Assembly: GCF_964204645.1 (NCBI RefSeq)
Contig: NC_134031.1
Location: 21,025,910-21,089,909 of the forward strand
Reading direction: 5' to 3'
Length of the DNA stretch: 64,000 nt
DNA from: Tubulanus polymorphus
Lineage: Eukaryota > Animalia > Nemertea
The notes beneath the pieces were generated by a model. The model made no database searches. It saw only the letters and a program-made list of their open reading frames with translations, and was not told the DNA's origin. Position numbers and translations under genes: made by a program. Shown here one piece after another: positions 51,990 through 64,000 of the stretch. Every line of letters begins with the position of its first letter. Position 1 is the first letter of the stretch.

Positions 51990-54900
51990 AATGCTGCGAC
52001 GGGGTCTGGTCCTACAGATTCAGCCGGGTAAAATTTAACCAATTTGTGCCAAACAGACCCATTTTACACCATGAATGTTTGGCCCAGTCCAAATTCATCA
52101 CTGACGCTTGCGTGATTATCGCTGGTCGGTTCCACATTTTAGGACTGACCAAAAAGACTGATCATGTCTGTTCTAAATTTTCGGCATCATTTCTGTATAT
52201 GTGAATAGAAACTTTGATTTACTAGCGATGTAGTGTCAACTGGCTGATGGTCCTAGAGTCACTAACGTAATGAATGAATTATAGTTTGTATAATTTCAGA
52301 TATTCTATTCTTGAAATTATACATATTTGGTTATTTTTCTCTGCGTGGTCACTGTCATTTAGTGTCAATTAAGTGGAAATAATCAGAGACTCAGCCTATA
52401 ATCAAAGTCATTAATGTAGCGAATATTACTTTAAAAACAGTTTGAGAGAAGCCATATATATCACTCACCTTGAGAGTGTTATATTTATTAAAAAGTTAGT
52501 GACGTAAAGCCAGGCCCTTTTAGCTCCATGGTAACAATACAAGTCGTAAACGAAAAACTGTTGCGTTTGGCTTTTGATATCGCTTTCATTAGAAGTAGAA
52601 AGTTCCATATTTTTACACTTCATTACAAACATAAAAGCGTTTGCACTTTTAAAACAAACCAGTTCAACTAGGAACTTTATTACGAATGGTTGGTTTTCTT
52701 TCAAGAGTTAAAAGGGCAAAAGTCAACTCATTCTATGGCTTTAGAATGAAGCTTCACTGACAAGTAATCCCCTGGTCTGTTTGGCCTATTTACCTGGACT
52801 GCCTCGCTGACCAAAACATTCAACTTGCGAGACACATTAGATATGTCACAAGGGCATCCAAAGGTGAATATGACCGTTTAATTCGTATTGTACTTAACAA
52901 TAGCCAATATCCTGGGAAAATATCGCAAACGCTTTTCTTAAGAACTAATCAAATAACGCTAGCAAAAGATGAAATGCAAACCGCAGGTGTTTATAGCCCA
53001 GAACTTCAAACTTTTCTGATCTGATCTCCTGTGCCCGCGGACCCATTCGGGATGTCGGCAAGTTGTATTACAAGTGCCGATATAAGATCGAAGCTGTAAA
53101 AGACTTGACTTTTATTCATAATTTCTATAACAAATTGACCTCTTATAAAGATATAACGAGAAAGTGAAGATCAACGCGACCAAAATTGAATGATCTTAAA
53201 AAACGAAGCCATTGATTATTTTCTTTTGAGAACATTTTCATACGCACAAATACCGAGACATTCGACATCCCGTCGCACTAACTTTTTAACTTTACAGGTC
53301 GATAAATACCGACTGTCGACAAAGCGTAAAACTATGCTATCTACTACTGAATGAAAGAACAACAGTAAAGAACGGTGTCCGTCGAATTACGAGCTGTTTT
53401 TTCTTAACGGCGCGAGCGAATGAAAGATTCACGCCGACCGTCTGATAAGGAAGGAAGCAGGGCAAGCGCGTTAAGCCGCGCAATACTTCAGACATGAATC
53501 GTAGAAATTCATTATCCTTTTACTTTTGTGATCAACGCGCTCGTTCATCAGCTAGTTAGTTGCTTAAGTAAGTTCGTAAGACTATTTCTTTCTTTTTTTT
53601 CTCTCGAAGCGACGTAATTTCGCTGGCAGTCGTAGCTCCGCGGTGACGGGAGTAAAACGAACGTTCAGCGGTGGGAAGATACATAATTGAGACTTGTTGC
53701 TCGCTGATTGGACGACGAATACGTCGTCGCGGCGCCCATTGTTATCATAAACGAGTCGCGTTCAACACGCTCGAAGTAAGACGAACGTCTCGGAAGACCC
53801 GATGACCCGGTCAACCAACGGCGAATGAAGCTTCATTTCGAAAATACGCGCAAGTTCTTCCCATTGTCTCGATTAGAAAATGGGCGTGAGAACGCTCCTG
53901 GCAGACGCCATCGAGAAACCGTTCGATGAAGTTTCAACGTTTTCCGCATCATTTCGGTTAACTACGAAAATATTTCGAACAATAAAATTAAAGACAATAA
54001 AAGCGATCAGTTGCTGAGGAGGTAGAGTTTCAGGAAACCTTGAAACAATTTCCCTTCATCGCAAAAACCAACTGAAGCGAAACATTTTCGCAGACAAAAC
54101 TTAATATTGGACGACCGGCAAATTTCCCGTGGAAACCGCGGTAAAAGACAATATAGTAGCGGCAGAGATGATGGGAGGTGAGCTAACACTCTTTAGAATT
54201 GCTAATCGCAGCTACGGGCATTTTTTCCATTTCCTCAAGTCAACCATATCGACTAGATTTCAGCGCAGCCAAGCAAATACGGCTGACAGAAAAAGACGAG
54301 TATTATGTCACTCGCAGGATGTCGATGTTCTTAGTCATCAGTACGCGAGAGAGAAACTGCGCGCGCCGCTCTCTTCTTATATAATACATGGAGGAGAAAC
54401 TAACAACTCACCGTTCACCGTACAAACTCCGGCGAGCTCCGTTAATGGCGGATGCGCGGAAAACAGATTCGTGCGAATAAAAATTGTGGAACAATTTTCC
54501 AAACGGAAGTCACTAAACTCCATGACACATTGTTTTTCACCGATCCAGCAGTTTTCAGGTCGACGCAATGTTTTACAATTTTGCAACATCTGGCAAAATT
54601 GAGTCCCGTTTTGTCGGTCTTTTCAACTTATGTCAAATGATGGAATCTAAATACAAAAGTTTAAGGAGGAATATATATTATGACAAACACTGATTCAAGT
54701 TATCAAGGGTCGATCTCTAAATTCTGTGATGATTGTCTAACTCAATGATTCAAATAACAATCAGGCTCTTTAAGTCAGAAATATTATTACATTCCTTCGT
54801 AAAAGTCTGTAGTATTTCTATTATTATTTAGAAGGAAAAGTTGCCCTTTTTGGAATAAAGATCACAAATCAAAACGCACTCAAATACATTAATTCACCTA

Positions 54901-56169
54901 AACTGAATAAACTGAGGGTTAAAACTTGAAAAGTTACGGGGAAACTTTTTAAAGGACTGGATGTGAACGGCTATAGGCATGAAACGATTTAGCATCGAAT
55001 AACAAAACATCGATGGAATTTCAGTTAGAAACTTCGAGAAATTATAGTCAGTTTGAAGTTTGTTCACAACAAATCAATCTTTGTTTTATTTTTGTAAATG
55101 TGTCATAGTTTTTAAAAGATGATTATAAATAGACTTTTTGAAATCTGATGAATGACATCGTTGTGTCTGTTGGGGAGAGGGGGGTAGGGTTGGGGTAGGG
55201 AGGAGGGTAGGGGAGGGGTAGGGAGGAGGGTAGGCCATCATATCTAGTGAATTGTACAAATCCTATTTCTTGATTTTATACATCGATAATTATGTGTTAA
55301 TTAAGGGGTTCTGTATGAGGTCGATGGATGTGCACTACAGCATCAATATTGACATTTAAAAATAACAACTACAATTGCGAATTAGCAGTTTTTTCAAGAT
55401 AAAGGTCAAGGTTGGAAATTGTTAATCGGGATTGTAATAGCAAAAATTAGGTTTTTCGCGGATCGAACAACGAGAAGAAATACACAGACACTTGACGGGC
55501 GAGAAGTACAGCTCCACCTGACCCCATCGTAACTCTAACCACAGTTTTTTCTTTTTTGCTGCGAAAAAGAGTTCTTACAACGGCAGTAATGATACACGCG
55601 GAAACCATTGGCTTCATACAATGAGCACCTGAGAATTGTATTAGCACGAAGCGAAGTGGTCGAGTTACACAGAGATGGTGCAAAATGCACTTTTCAACGT
55701 CCATTTCGCAGATTACTTTCTCCCGGACGCCATCGAACTGTTCCCCGATTGGTCGCGGACGGTGACCAATGACTTATACGGTCAATAATCTCGAGGTCTA
55801 CCGTTCCAGGACGAAGATGGGCTCCTAAACCCGACGAAACTATCGGAAATACCGATGACTCTCATCTCACGCGATAATCACTTTCATTCACACGCGCATT
55901 ATATGGTTAAATATCTTACGGCTCATGTTCATCGGCCATATCATCCAATCACAGCTCAATTTACCAGCAAAATCCAAATGAACAAAACCTCGAAAGATTC
56001 AGTGAATATTGAAAATGAATAGAAGCGGATTGAATATAATCGGATTGAATTGGTAATCGTCAAAAAGTATGATTATTCAGAGTGTTATATAACTAAATCA
56101 TCAGCTAGATAACAAAAACTTATTCTTCCATCATGCATTTAAACATAACCCCTTTTTTGAAATATTGCA

Positions 56170-59100
56170 ATGGTAGTGTCTGAGTAAGGCTGTGAGTCTG
56201 ATGTGGTGGTGTCTGAGTAAGGCTGTGAGTCTGATGTGGTAGTGTCTGAGTAAGGCTGTGAGTCTGATGTGGTAGTGTCTGAGTAAGGCTGTGAGTCTGA
56301 TGTGGTTGTGTCTGAGTAAGGCTATGAGTCTGATGTGGTGGTGTCTGAGTAAGGCTGTGAGTCTGATGTGGTAGTGTCTGAGTAAGGCTGTGAGTCTGAT
56401 GTGGTTGTGTCTGAGTAAGGCTGTGAGTCTGATGTGGTTGTGTCTGAGTAAGGCTGTGAGTCTGATGTGGTTGTGTCTGAGTAAGGCTGTGAGTCTGATG
56501 TGGTAGTGTCTGAGTAAGGCTGTGAGTCTGATGTGGTAGTGTCTGAGTAAGGCTGTGAGTCTGATGTGGTAGTGTCTGAGTAAGGCTATGAGTCTGATGT
56601 GGTGGTGTCTGAGTAAGGCTATGAGTCTGATGTGGTGGTGTCTGAGTAAGGCTATGAGTCTGATGTGGTGGTGTCTGAGTAAGGCTGTGAGTCTGATGTG
56701 GTAGTGTCTGAGTAAGGCTGTGAGTCTGATGTGGTTGTGTCTGAGTAAGGCTGTGAGTCTGATGTGGTTGTGTCTGAGTAAGGCTGTGAGTCTGATGTGG
56801 TAGTGTCTGAGTAAGGCTGTGAGTCTGATGTGGTAGTGTCTGAGTAAGGCTATGAGTCTGATGTGGGTGTCTGAGTAAGGCTGTGAGTCTGATGTGGTAG
56901 TGTCTGAGTAAGGCTATGAGTCTGATGTGGTGGTGTCTGAGTAAGGCTATGAGTCTGATGTGGTGGTGTCTGAGTAAGGCTGTGAGTCTGATGTGGTAGT
57001 GTCTGAGTAAGGCTGTGAGTCTGACGTGGTAGTGTCTGAGTAAGGCTATGAGTCTGATGTGGTAGTGTCTGAGTAAGGCTGTGAGTCTGATGTGGTTGTG
57101 TCTGAGTAAGGCTGTGAGTCTGATGTGGTAGTGTCTGAGTAAGGCTGTGAGTCTGATGTGGTAGTGTCTGAGTAAGGCTGTGAGTCTGATGTGGTTGTGT
57201 CTGAGTAAGGCTGTGAGTCTGATGTGGGTGTCTGAGTAAGGCTGTGAGTCTGATGTGGTAGTGTCTGAGTAAGGCTGTGAGTCTGATGTGGTTGTGTCTG
57301 AGTAAGGCTGTGAGTCTGATGTGGTAGTGTCTGAGTAAGGCTATGAGTCTGATGTGGTGGTGTCTGAGTAAGGCTGTGAGTCTGATGTGGTTGTGTCTGA
57401 GTAAGGCTGTGAGTCTGATGTGGTTGTGTCTGAGTAAGGCTGTGAGTCTGATGTGGTTGTGTCTGAGTAAGGCTGTGAGTCTGATGTGGTAGTGTCTGAG
57501 TAAGGCTGTGAGTCTGATGTGGTAGTGTCTGAGTAAGGCTATGAGTCTGATGTGGGTGTCTGAGTAAGGCTGTGAGTCTGATGTGGTAGTGTCTGAGTAA
57601 GGCTATGAGTCTGATGTGGTGGTGTCTGAGTAAGGCTATGAGTCTGATGTGGTGGTGTCTGAGTAAGGCTGTGAGTCTGATGTGGTAGTGTCTGAGTAAG
57701 GCTGTGAGTCTGACGTGGTAGTGTCTGAGTAAGGCTATGAGTCTGATGTGGTAGTGTCTGAGTAAGGCTGTGAGTCTGATGTGGTTGTGTCTGAGTAAGG
57801 CTGTGAGTCTGATGTGGTAGTGTCTGAGTAAGGCTGTGAGTCTGATGTGGTAGTGTCTGAGTAAGGCTGTGAGTCTGATGTGGTAGTGTCTGAGTAAGGC
57901 TGTGAGTCTGATGTGGTAGTGTCTGAGTAAGGCTGTGAGTCTGATGTGGTTGTGTCTGAGTAAGGCTATGAGTCTGATGTGGTTGTGTCTGAGTAAGGCT
58001 GTGAGTCTGATGTGGTTGTGTCTGAGTAAGGCTGTGAGTCTGATGTGGTAGTGTCTGAGTAAGGCTGTGAGTCTGATGTGGTTGTGTCTGAGTAAGGCTA
58101 TGAGTCTGATGTGGTGGTGTCTGAGTAAGGCTGTGAGTCTGATGTGGTAGTGTCTGAGTAAGGCTGTGAGTCTGATGTGGTTGTGTCTGAGTAAGGCTGT
58201 GAGTCTGATGTGGTAGTGTCTGAGTAAGGCTGTGAGTCTGATGTGGTTGTGTCTGAGTAAGGCTGTGAGTCTGATGTGGTGGTGTCTGAGTAAGGCTGTG
58301 AGTCTGATGTGGTAGTGTCTGAGTAAGGCTGTGAGTCTGATGTGGTTGTGTCTGAGTAAGGCTGTGAGTCTGATGTGGTAGTGTCTGAGTAAGGCTATGA
58401 GTCTGATGTGGTTGTGTCTGAGTAAGGCTGTGAGTCTGATGTGGTAGTGTCTGAGTAAGGCTATGAGTCTGATGTGGTAGTGTCTGAGTAAGGCTGTGAG
58501 TCTGATGTGGTAGTGTCTGAGTAAGGCTATGAGTCTGATGTGGTGGTGTCTGAGTAAGGCTATGAGTCTGATGTGGTAGTGTCTGAGTAAGGCTGTGAGT
58601 CTGATGTGGTAGTGTCTGAGTAAGGCTATGAGTCTGATGTGGTAGTGTCTGAGTAAGGCTGTGAGTCTGATGTGGTTGTGTCTGAGTAAGGCTGTGAGTC
58701 TGATGTGGTAGTGTCTGAGTAAGGCTGTGAGTCTGATGTGGTTGTGTCTGAGTAAGGCTGTGAGTCTGATGTGGTAGTGTCTGAGTAAGGCTGTGAGTCT
58801 GATGTGGTAGTGTCTGAGTAAGGCTGTGAGTCTGATGTGGTAGTGTCTGAGTAAGGCTGTGAGTCTGATGTGGTAGTGTCTGAGTAAGGCTGTGAGTCTG
58901 ATGTGGTAGTGTCTGAGTAAGGCTGTGAGTCTGATGTGGTAGTGTCTGAGTAAGGCTGTGAGTCTGATGTGGTAGTGTCTGAGTAAGGCTATGAGTCTGA
59001 TGTGGTTGTGTCTGAGTAAGGCTGTGAGTCTGATGTGGTAGTGTCTGAGTAAGGCTGTGAGTCTGATGTGGTTGTGTCTGAGTAAGGCTGTGAGTCTGAT

Positions 59101-59436
59101 GTGGGTGTCTGAGTAAGGCTGTGAGTCTGATGTGGTAGTGTCTGAGTAAGGCTGTGAGTCTGATGTGGTTGTGTCTGAGTAAGGCTGTGAGTCTGATGTG
59201 GTAGTGTCTGAGTAAGGCTATGAGTCTGATGTGGTGGTGTCTGAGTAAGGCTGTGAGTCTGATGTGGTTGTGTCTGAGTAAGGCTGTGAGTCTGATGTGG
59301 TTGTGTCTGAGTAAGGCTGTGAGTCTGATGTGGTAGTGTCTGAGTAAGGCTATGAGTCTGATGTGGTTGTGTCTGAGTAAGGCTGTGAGTCTGATGTGGT
59401 AGTGTCTGAGTAAGGCTGTGAGTCTGATGTGGTTGC
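56170..59436. repeat. 33-bp satellite GTGTCTGAGTAAGGCTRTGAGTCTGATGTGGTD, about 99 copies
   Basis: Period 33 (56176, 56209 and onward); highly homogeneous. Confidence 0.98.
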
Positions 59437-60545
59437 TCTGGCCACAAACAATTCGGATTAAGCAGAATCCACCATAATGAAAAGTAGAAAACTAATATTG
59501 CCTAAATATGAATACTATGAGTTGTAAATGAAAGAATTAAACAGTCAGAATTTGATTTCAGATTTGTATAATGTGTTATTCACACCACATCATCAAACCG
59601 TCCAAAATCTACAAGTGATACGACTCGACAGTATAAATGAGCACACATCACATGCAATTCCCAATAATGGTTCCCACAGAACCCTTACAGCCACTGCAGA
59701 AAATGCAAAACAAAAATTCTAAAATTCGAAACACAACGTACTCCGCCGCGTTGTTGTCATGAAGTCATCTGATTGGTCGATAACGACGTTCGCGCCCGAA
59801 TTATCTACCAATCACGAGGAAACCGATCCGACGGAGTCGACGGTTTTTTTTCGCGCCAATACTGACCAATGGTCAGCGACCGGTGTGATTATCGGTTTCA
59901 CGCCATCGAGAGCTATGCGCAATGACAGCGCGTGTGAAAGGGATGGTAATATGATTACGTCGTAGTTTCCCCCCCGACTGACAACCGGTGTACTATTTCC
60001 AGCGCCACTTACTCAAACTTTACTACGTCAAGAGTAACAGAAACGAGAGATCGGTATAGATTAATTTACACGCACGTTACAACAAAATAGCAAATGACCA
60101 TTACGACGACACGATGTCTACGCACGCCCTTACTCTTAATAGAAATCTCACCGTTCGGTCAAATTCATTTTCTCGTTATACCGTTTGACATTTACTATTA
60201 ACTAATGTATATTTTAACTCGGTGTCGGGTGGCCCTATCTCATACATACTCGATATAAGTGTTAATATGACCAGAACGGACTGGCAGTTAATCTAAGCAT
60301 GGATTTTTTTCTATAATGCTTCCCCTTTCGATGAAGACCTTTTGGCACTAATTCAATACAATTTCATATGGATTAAAAATCGAATTGCCAGCTAATTATA
60401 GTACGTTTATGGTCTGTAAGGTATGTGCCACAAAAACTGACTGAGCTAGGCCACCCAATGTCCTATCAAGTTGAAATAGACATACATGTATACATTGGCT
60501 TTGAACTTTTCAATTCTAATGATAACTGTCCCTTACAATTTACAC

Positions 60546-60606
60546 ACAACCTCCGAACAACCTCCGATCTCTGAACAACCTCCGACCTCTGAACAACCTC
60601 CGACCC
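60546..60606. repeat. Short tandem repeat AACAACCTCCGA(TCTCTG), 4 copies
   Basis: Seen directly. Confidence 0.8.
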
Positions 60607-61490
60607 CAGAACTTCTATCTTTTCAATAATCAACAATTTTGGTTACGATACATGTTAGATTGATATCAGTCACAACGGTAAGACTATTCAGCCTATTTTT
60701 AAAGCTCAAAATATACGACAAAAATTGATGACTTTTCTCGCGATGAAAAAAGATTTTCAAGAATGATGAATGATTCCAGTTGAGTGACAACTCGTCGCGT
60801 ACATACTGACATCATCATATTACTGACAGGTTTCATTAACATGTTAATGCAAATCTGTCAACATGTTGTTTCTCGTACCTGCATAATTTGACACAATATA
60901 CAAACTGATCCTTCTAAAAAACTACTTTACAAAACCTGTTTTCTAATAAAAAGAAAATATCGATTTACTCAATGCGAGAATAACGCGCAGGTTTTTTTTC
61001 TTCAAATTTCAGTTTAAAAAAAAAAGCGTATAAGAATTTGTGTCATATTTATCACATTTGTCACAGCTCAAAAATTCAATAAAAAAAAAAAACAAGCGAA
61101 GATGAGTTGAGAAGAAATAACGTGTAGTTGTCATGAAGGTGTGCGTGAGCTTTATAACGGTTTCTCAGAAACGCATTGTCAACTGAAGATTGTTGTCACA
61201 ACAGCAGGGCGGAGACATTGTCTGCATTATTTCTGCCATCCATTTTTGCCGATATCACAACTCTACCTGTTCAAGTTGAATCTCGATGAAATTATTCCTC
61301 TTCAAAAGAACCAGAGAAATCTGACGAAAATGATTTTCCACCAACGCTACCAAAAAAGGACCACGACCACCGTCGTAAAGAGATAATTTGATAATAACTG
61401 TAAAATGCCACGATGCAGAAAAATGGGTGCGAAAGATTTCATCGAGTTTCTTAGTTGCGACCATATCCTAATTGTCATCTTCAAGATTAT

Positions 61491-61594
61491 AGCCCATTTC
61501 GTGCTCGTACCTGTTTAGCCTGGGCAAAAGTTGACTCAAGCCTCATCCGGACCAATTTGGGCCCGGTTGGAAACGTACCCGTGTGATCACGGCT
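61491..61594. mobile_element. Short degenerate copy of the MITE family
   Basis: Ends CGTGTGATCACGGCT; internal CCAATTTGGGCCCGG. Confidence 0.5.
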
Positions 61595-62499
61595 TATCGG
61601 GATACAGTTGACTACACATCGACGAAACTTTTGGCCTCAATCTTTTTTTTCTATATCGCAAAATAAAATTTGATAAATTTCTGACTATCATGTAGGAGAA
61701 AAGAGTTGATGATGATAAGACATACAACGATGCAGTAAATTTATATAGGATAGAAATACTGAATTCATGTGTAGAATTGAACTCAGTCGCAGTCAGCTAT
61801 GAATTCTTCCAGTCAACGAAACAAGATAATTTTTCATTCTTAACTTTCAAAAAATGTGATCCCTACAGACGACGCGCGATGAACCTCACGAGACGGAACC
61901 GGTAGAATAAAACAACTAACAAGAATCTATCGGGCGATCGAGGACCCGGCTTATCGCGCAGTCAATTCACGTCGTTTACAACGACAGAACCGAGAGAATC
62001 GGAGACGAATCGGAGACGGTGAGAAAGAGGAACCAATAGGGATTCGATGAGAGGTATTAGTACGGTTACGCTACGTGTATTTTACGCAATAAATGAATGA
62101 TGTTTTAATGGAATGTTGCGACGCTCTATGAATCGACGATCGAATATCAACTGGATACCCTGCGGAATTCATCCATCCATCCGTCTGTCCATCTGTCCTT
62201 CATCTACATGAGAAATCAATCTCGTTACTGTTTACGTTTACATACATGTATTTTCAATTAGTCTTTTCTTCCGGTTGAAGTCGTTTGAAGTGTTTTTTTC
62301 TTTATCTCGTTGATGTCAATAGATCAGACAATGTCGATGCTGCATTATTGGTCGATTAATGCGTCAATTTTGAGTGAGTTTCACGATAATGACCAATCTC
62401 CGCATCATTCCATATCGCCATCTACTAACATTCACCACAATTTGTCGCTAGATTTCATAAATTTACCGAATTGAGTCCTGCCGACTTCCTCGAGATATA

Positions 62500-62589
62500 A
62501 GCCACAATCACACGGAGACAATTGAATCACATTCATTGTTCCGGACCTAATTTGGCACAGGCCAAAAGTGTTCATGTGATCATGTGACT
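62500..62589. mobile_element. Short degenerate copy of the MITE family
   Basis: AGCCACAATCACACGGAGACAATT ... AATTTGGCACAGGCCAAA ... TGTGATCATGTGACT. Confidence 0.55.
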
Positions 62590-64000
62590 ATAGTTTATTT
62601 TGAACTCCAGCTGAAGGAAAGCTTTTGGGCTAATTTTTCTTTTCTGTATTGAGGCATTTAACCATATAGGTTTAACATACGGCATAATAAAAACTAACTT
62701 ATAAAACTTAATAGATAACCGTAGCTTTTTGGAGCATTGAAAATATACGACTATTATCTCAACTGCACACGTCTTCAGTGACTTAAAATGTAGTATATGA
62801 CATGGCATAAATCTTACATAAGCGAAAAAATGCTATATAACTGATAATGTGTATCAGGAAACCTATATAGCCTACAGGAAACTTCTATATAGTAGGTAAG
62901 TGCTGTTAGTTATCGCTTACTGTAAATATAGCAATCTTCTTCACGCTGGGCAAACATTTGACAAAATAACAACACACCAGAAAATGCCTGAAGCAATGAA
63001 TACGAGGTTCAAGTGAGAAGCAAAAAACTGATGCTAACATCGAAATATAAACATTTTCGTTTTTGCACCTTATGCAAAAAAAGGCAGCCCTGGAGACAGA
63101 CTTGTAAAAACGAAGTCAGGACAAGGTCCACGTTTAAAAAGAGATACACGGAATACATGATGCACAGTTGTTTTTGTAACGAACAGCTCGATAATCAGCT
63201 TTGTAGCATCTTCACGAGGCTGGTTGGAAATATTTCTCCGAGCTGAATCCGAATATGGCTTCAGCCAAGTGGACTTGGATCTTTCTACCTCGACGCAAAG
63301 ATCAAGCATTATGTAACAAACGCCAGCAAAAGATGACTCATCATCGTCACCATCATCGCCCATCAACTAACGACAAATCCATACATGTCTGGGTACCGAG
63401 AGTCAAATTTTCAGGCCATTTACTTTGAACCGACGATGTTTTAGAACCCGGGGGAATTTCACGACGAAATTAAACCGTTTTTTTGGACAAATTCTTTTTC
63501 ATCTGCACTTACGCAAGATGACTACCAAATTTCAGCGATCCGGCCTAATCAAAAGAATCAACCTCACAAAGCGATTAATTATTGTCTACTGAAAAGTTTG
63601 AACTATTTTTTTAACGTAAAACCTTTTGTTACGTATATAGTCTTAGCCATTGCAGCTTTTATAGCTCATTAAAACTCGAAATACGCAACTTTTTCAAAGT
63701 TTCTCATTAAACTTTCAGTTCTACAATTTCAAAGATCGAGTACATGTCGAAATTATTCCCCATTCGATAATAATTTCTTTCGTTTGTTTTCGTTGAAATT
63801 TTCTTTCCAAAAGCAAAATTCGATCTTTTGTCCCCGGAACTTCGGCTTTGAGCTTTTATGTAACATTTGTCTTAATTAGCTGACAAAGAACTCGTAGTCT
63901 TTTTATAAAAAAAGAAAAACTGAGTAGAATTTAATCCAACGATGTTGCATTCATTTGATCACACAATCTTAATAAGTATTTTACATGGATGAAAACCACG

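Noticed and set aside
58989-59447. 152-aa HQTHSLTQT repeat ORF
   Set aside because: Satellite translation with a non-ATG start, frameshifted by unit deletions.

Overview
AT-rich eukaryotic (invertebrate bilaterian, probably protostome/lophotrochozoan; inferred) genomic DNA with one clear protein-coding gene on the minus strand: a six-finger C2H2 transcription factor of the rotund/squeeze/LIN-29/ZNF362-384 family. Five frame-consistent exons can be spliced by eye (23598-23690, 14523-14604, 13870-13959, 10644-10918, 7897-8910; about 517 aa). At least two more ATG-to-phase-0-donor exons (21222-21284, 26279-26320) could supply alternative N-termini. The rest is introns, a putative miRNA-site-rich 3' UTR and about 40 kb of upstream non-coding DNA with MITE-like elements, a fold-back element, minisatellites (23, 34, 36, 46 bp), a 3.3-kb 33-bp satellite and microsatellites. 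The most unexpected observation is a 46-bp tandem array upstream of this lin-29 homologue whose gene-sense strand carries 12 bulged let-7-complementary sites. This is a hypothesis only: there is no evidence of transcription here. No rRNA, intact tRNA, CRISPR or recognisable miRNA precursor was found.
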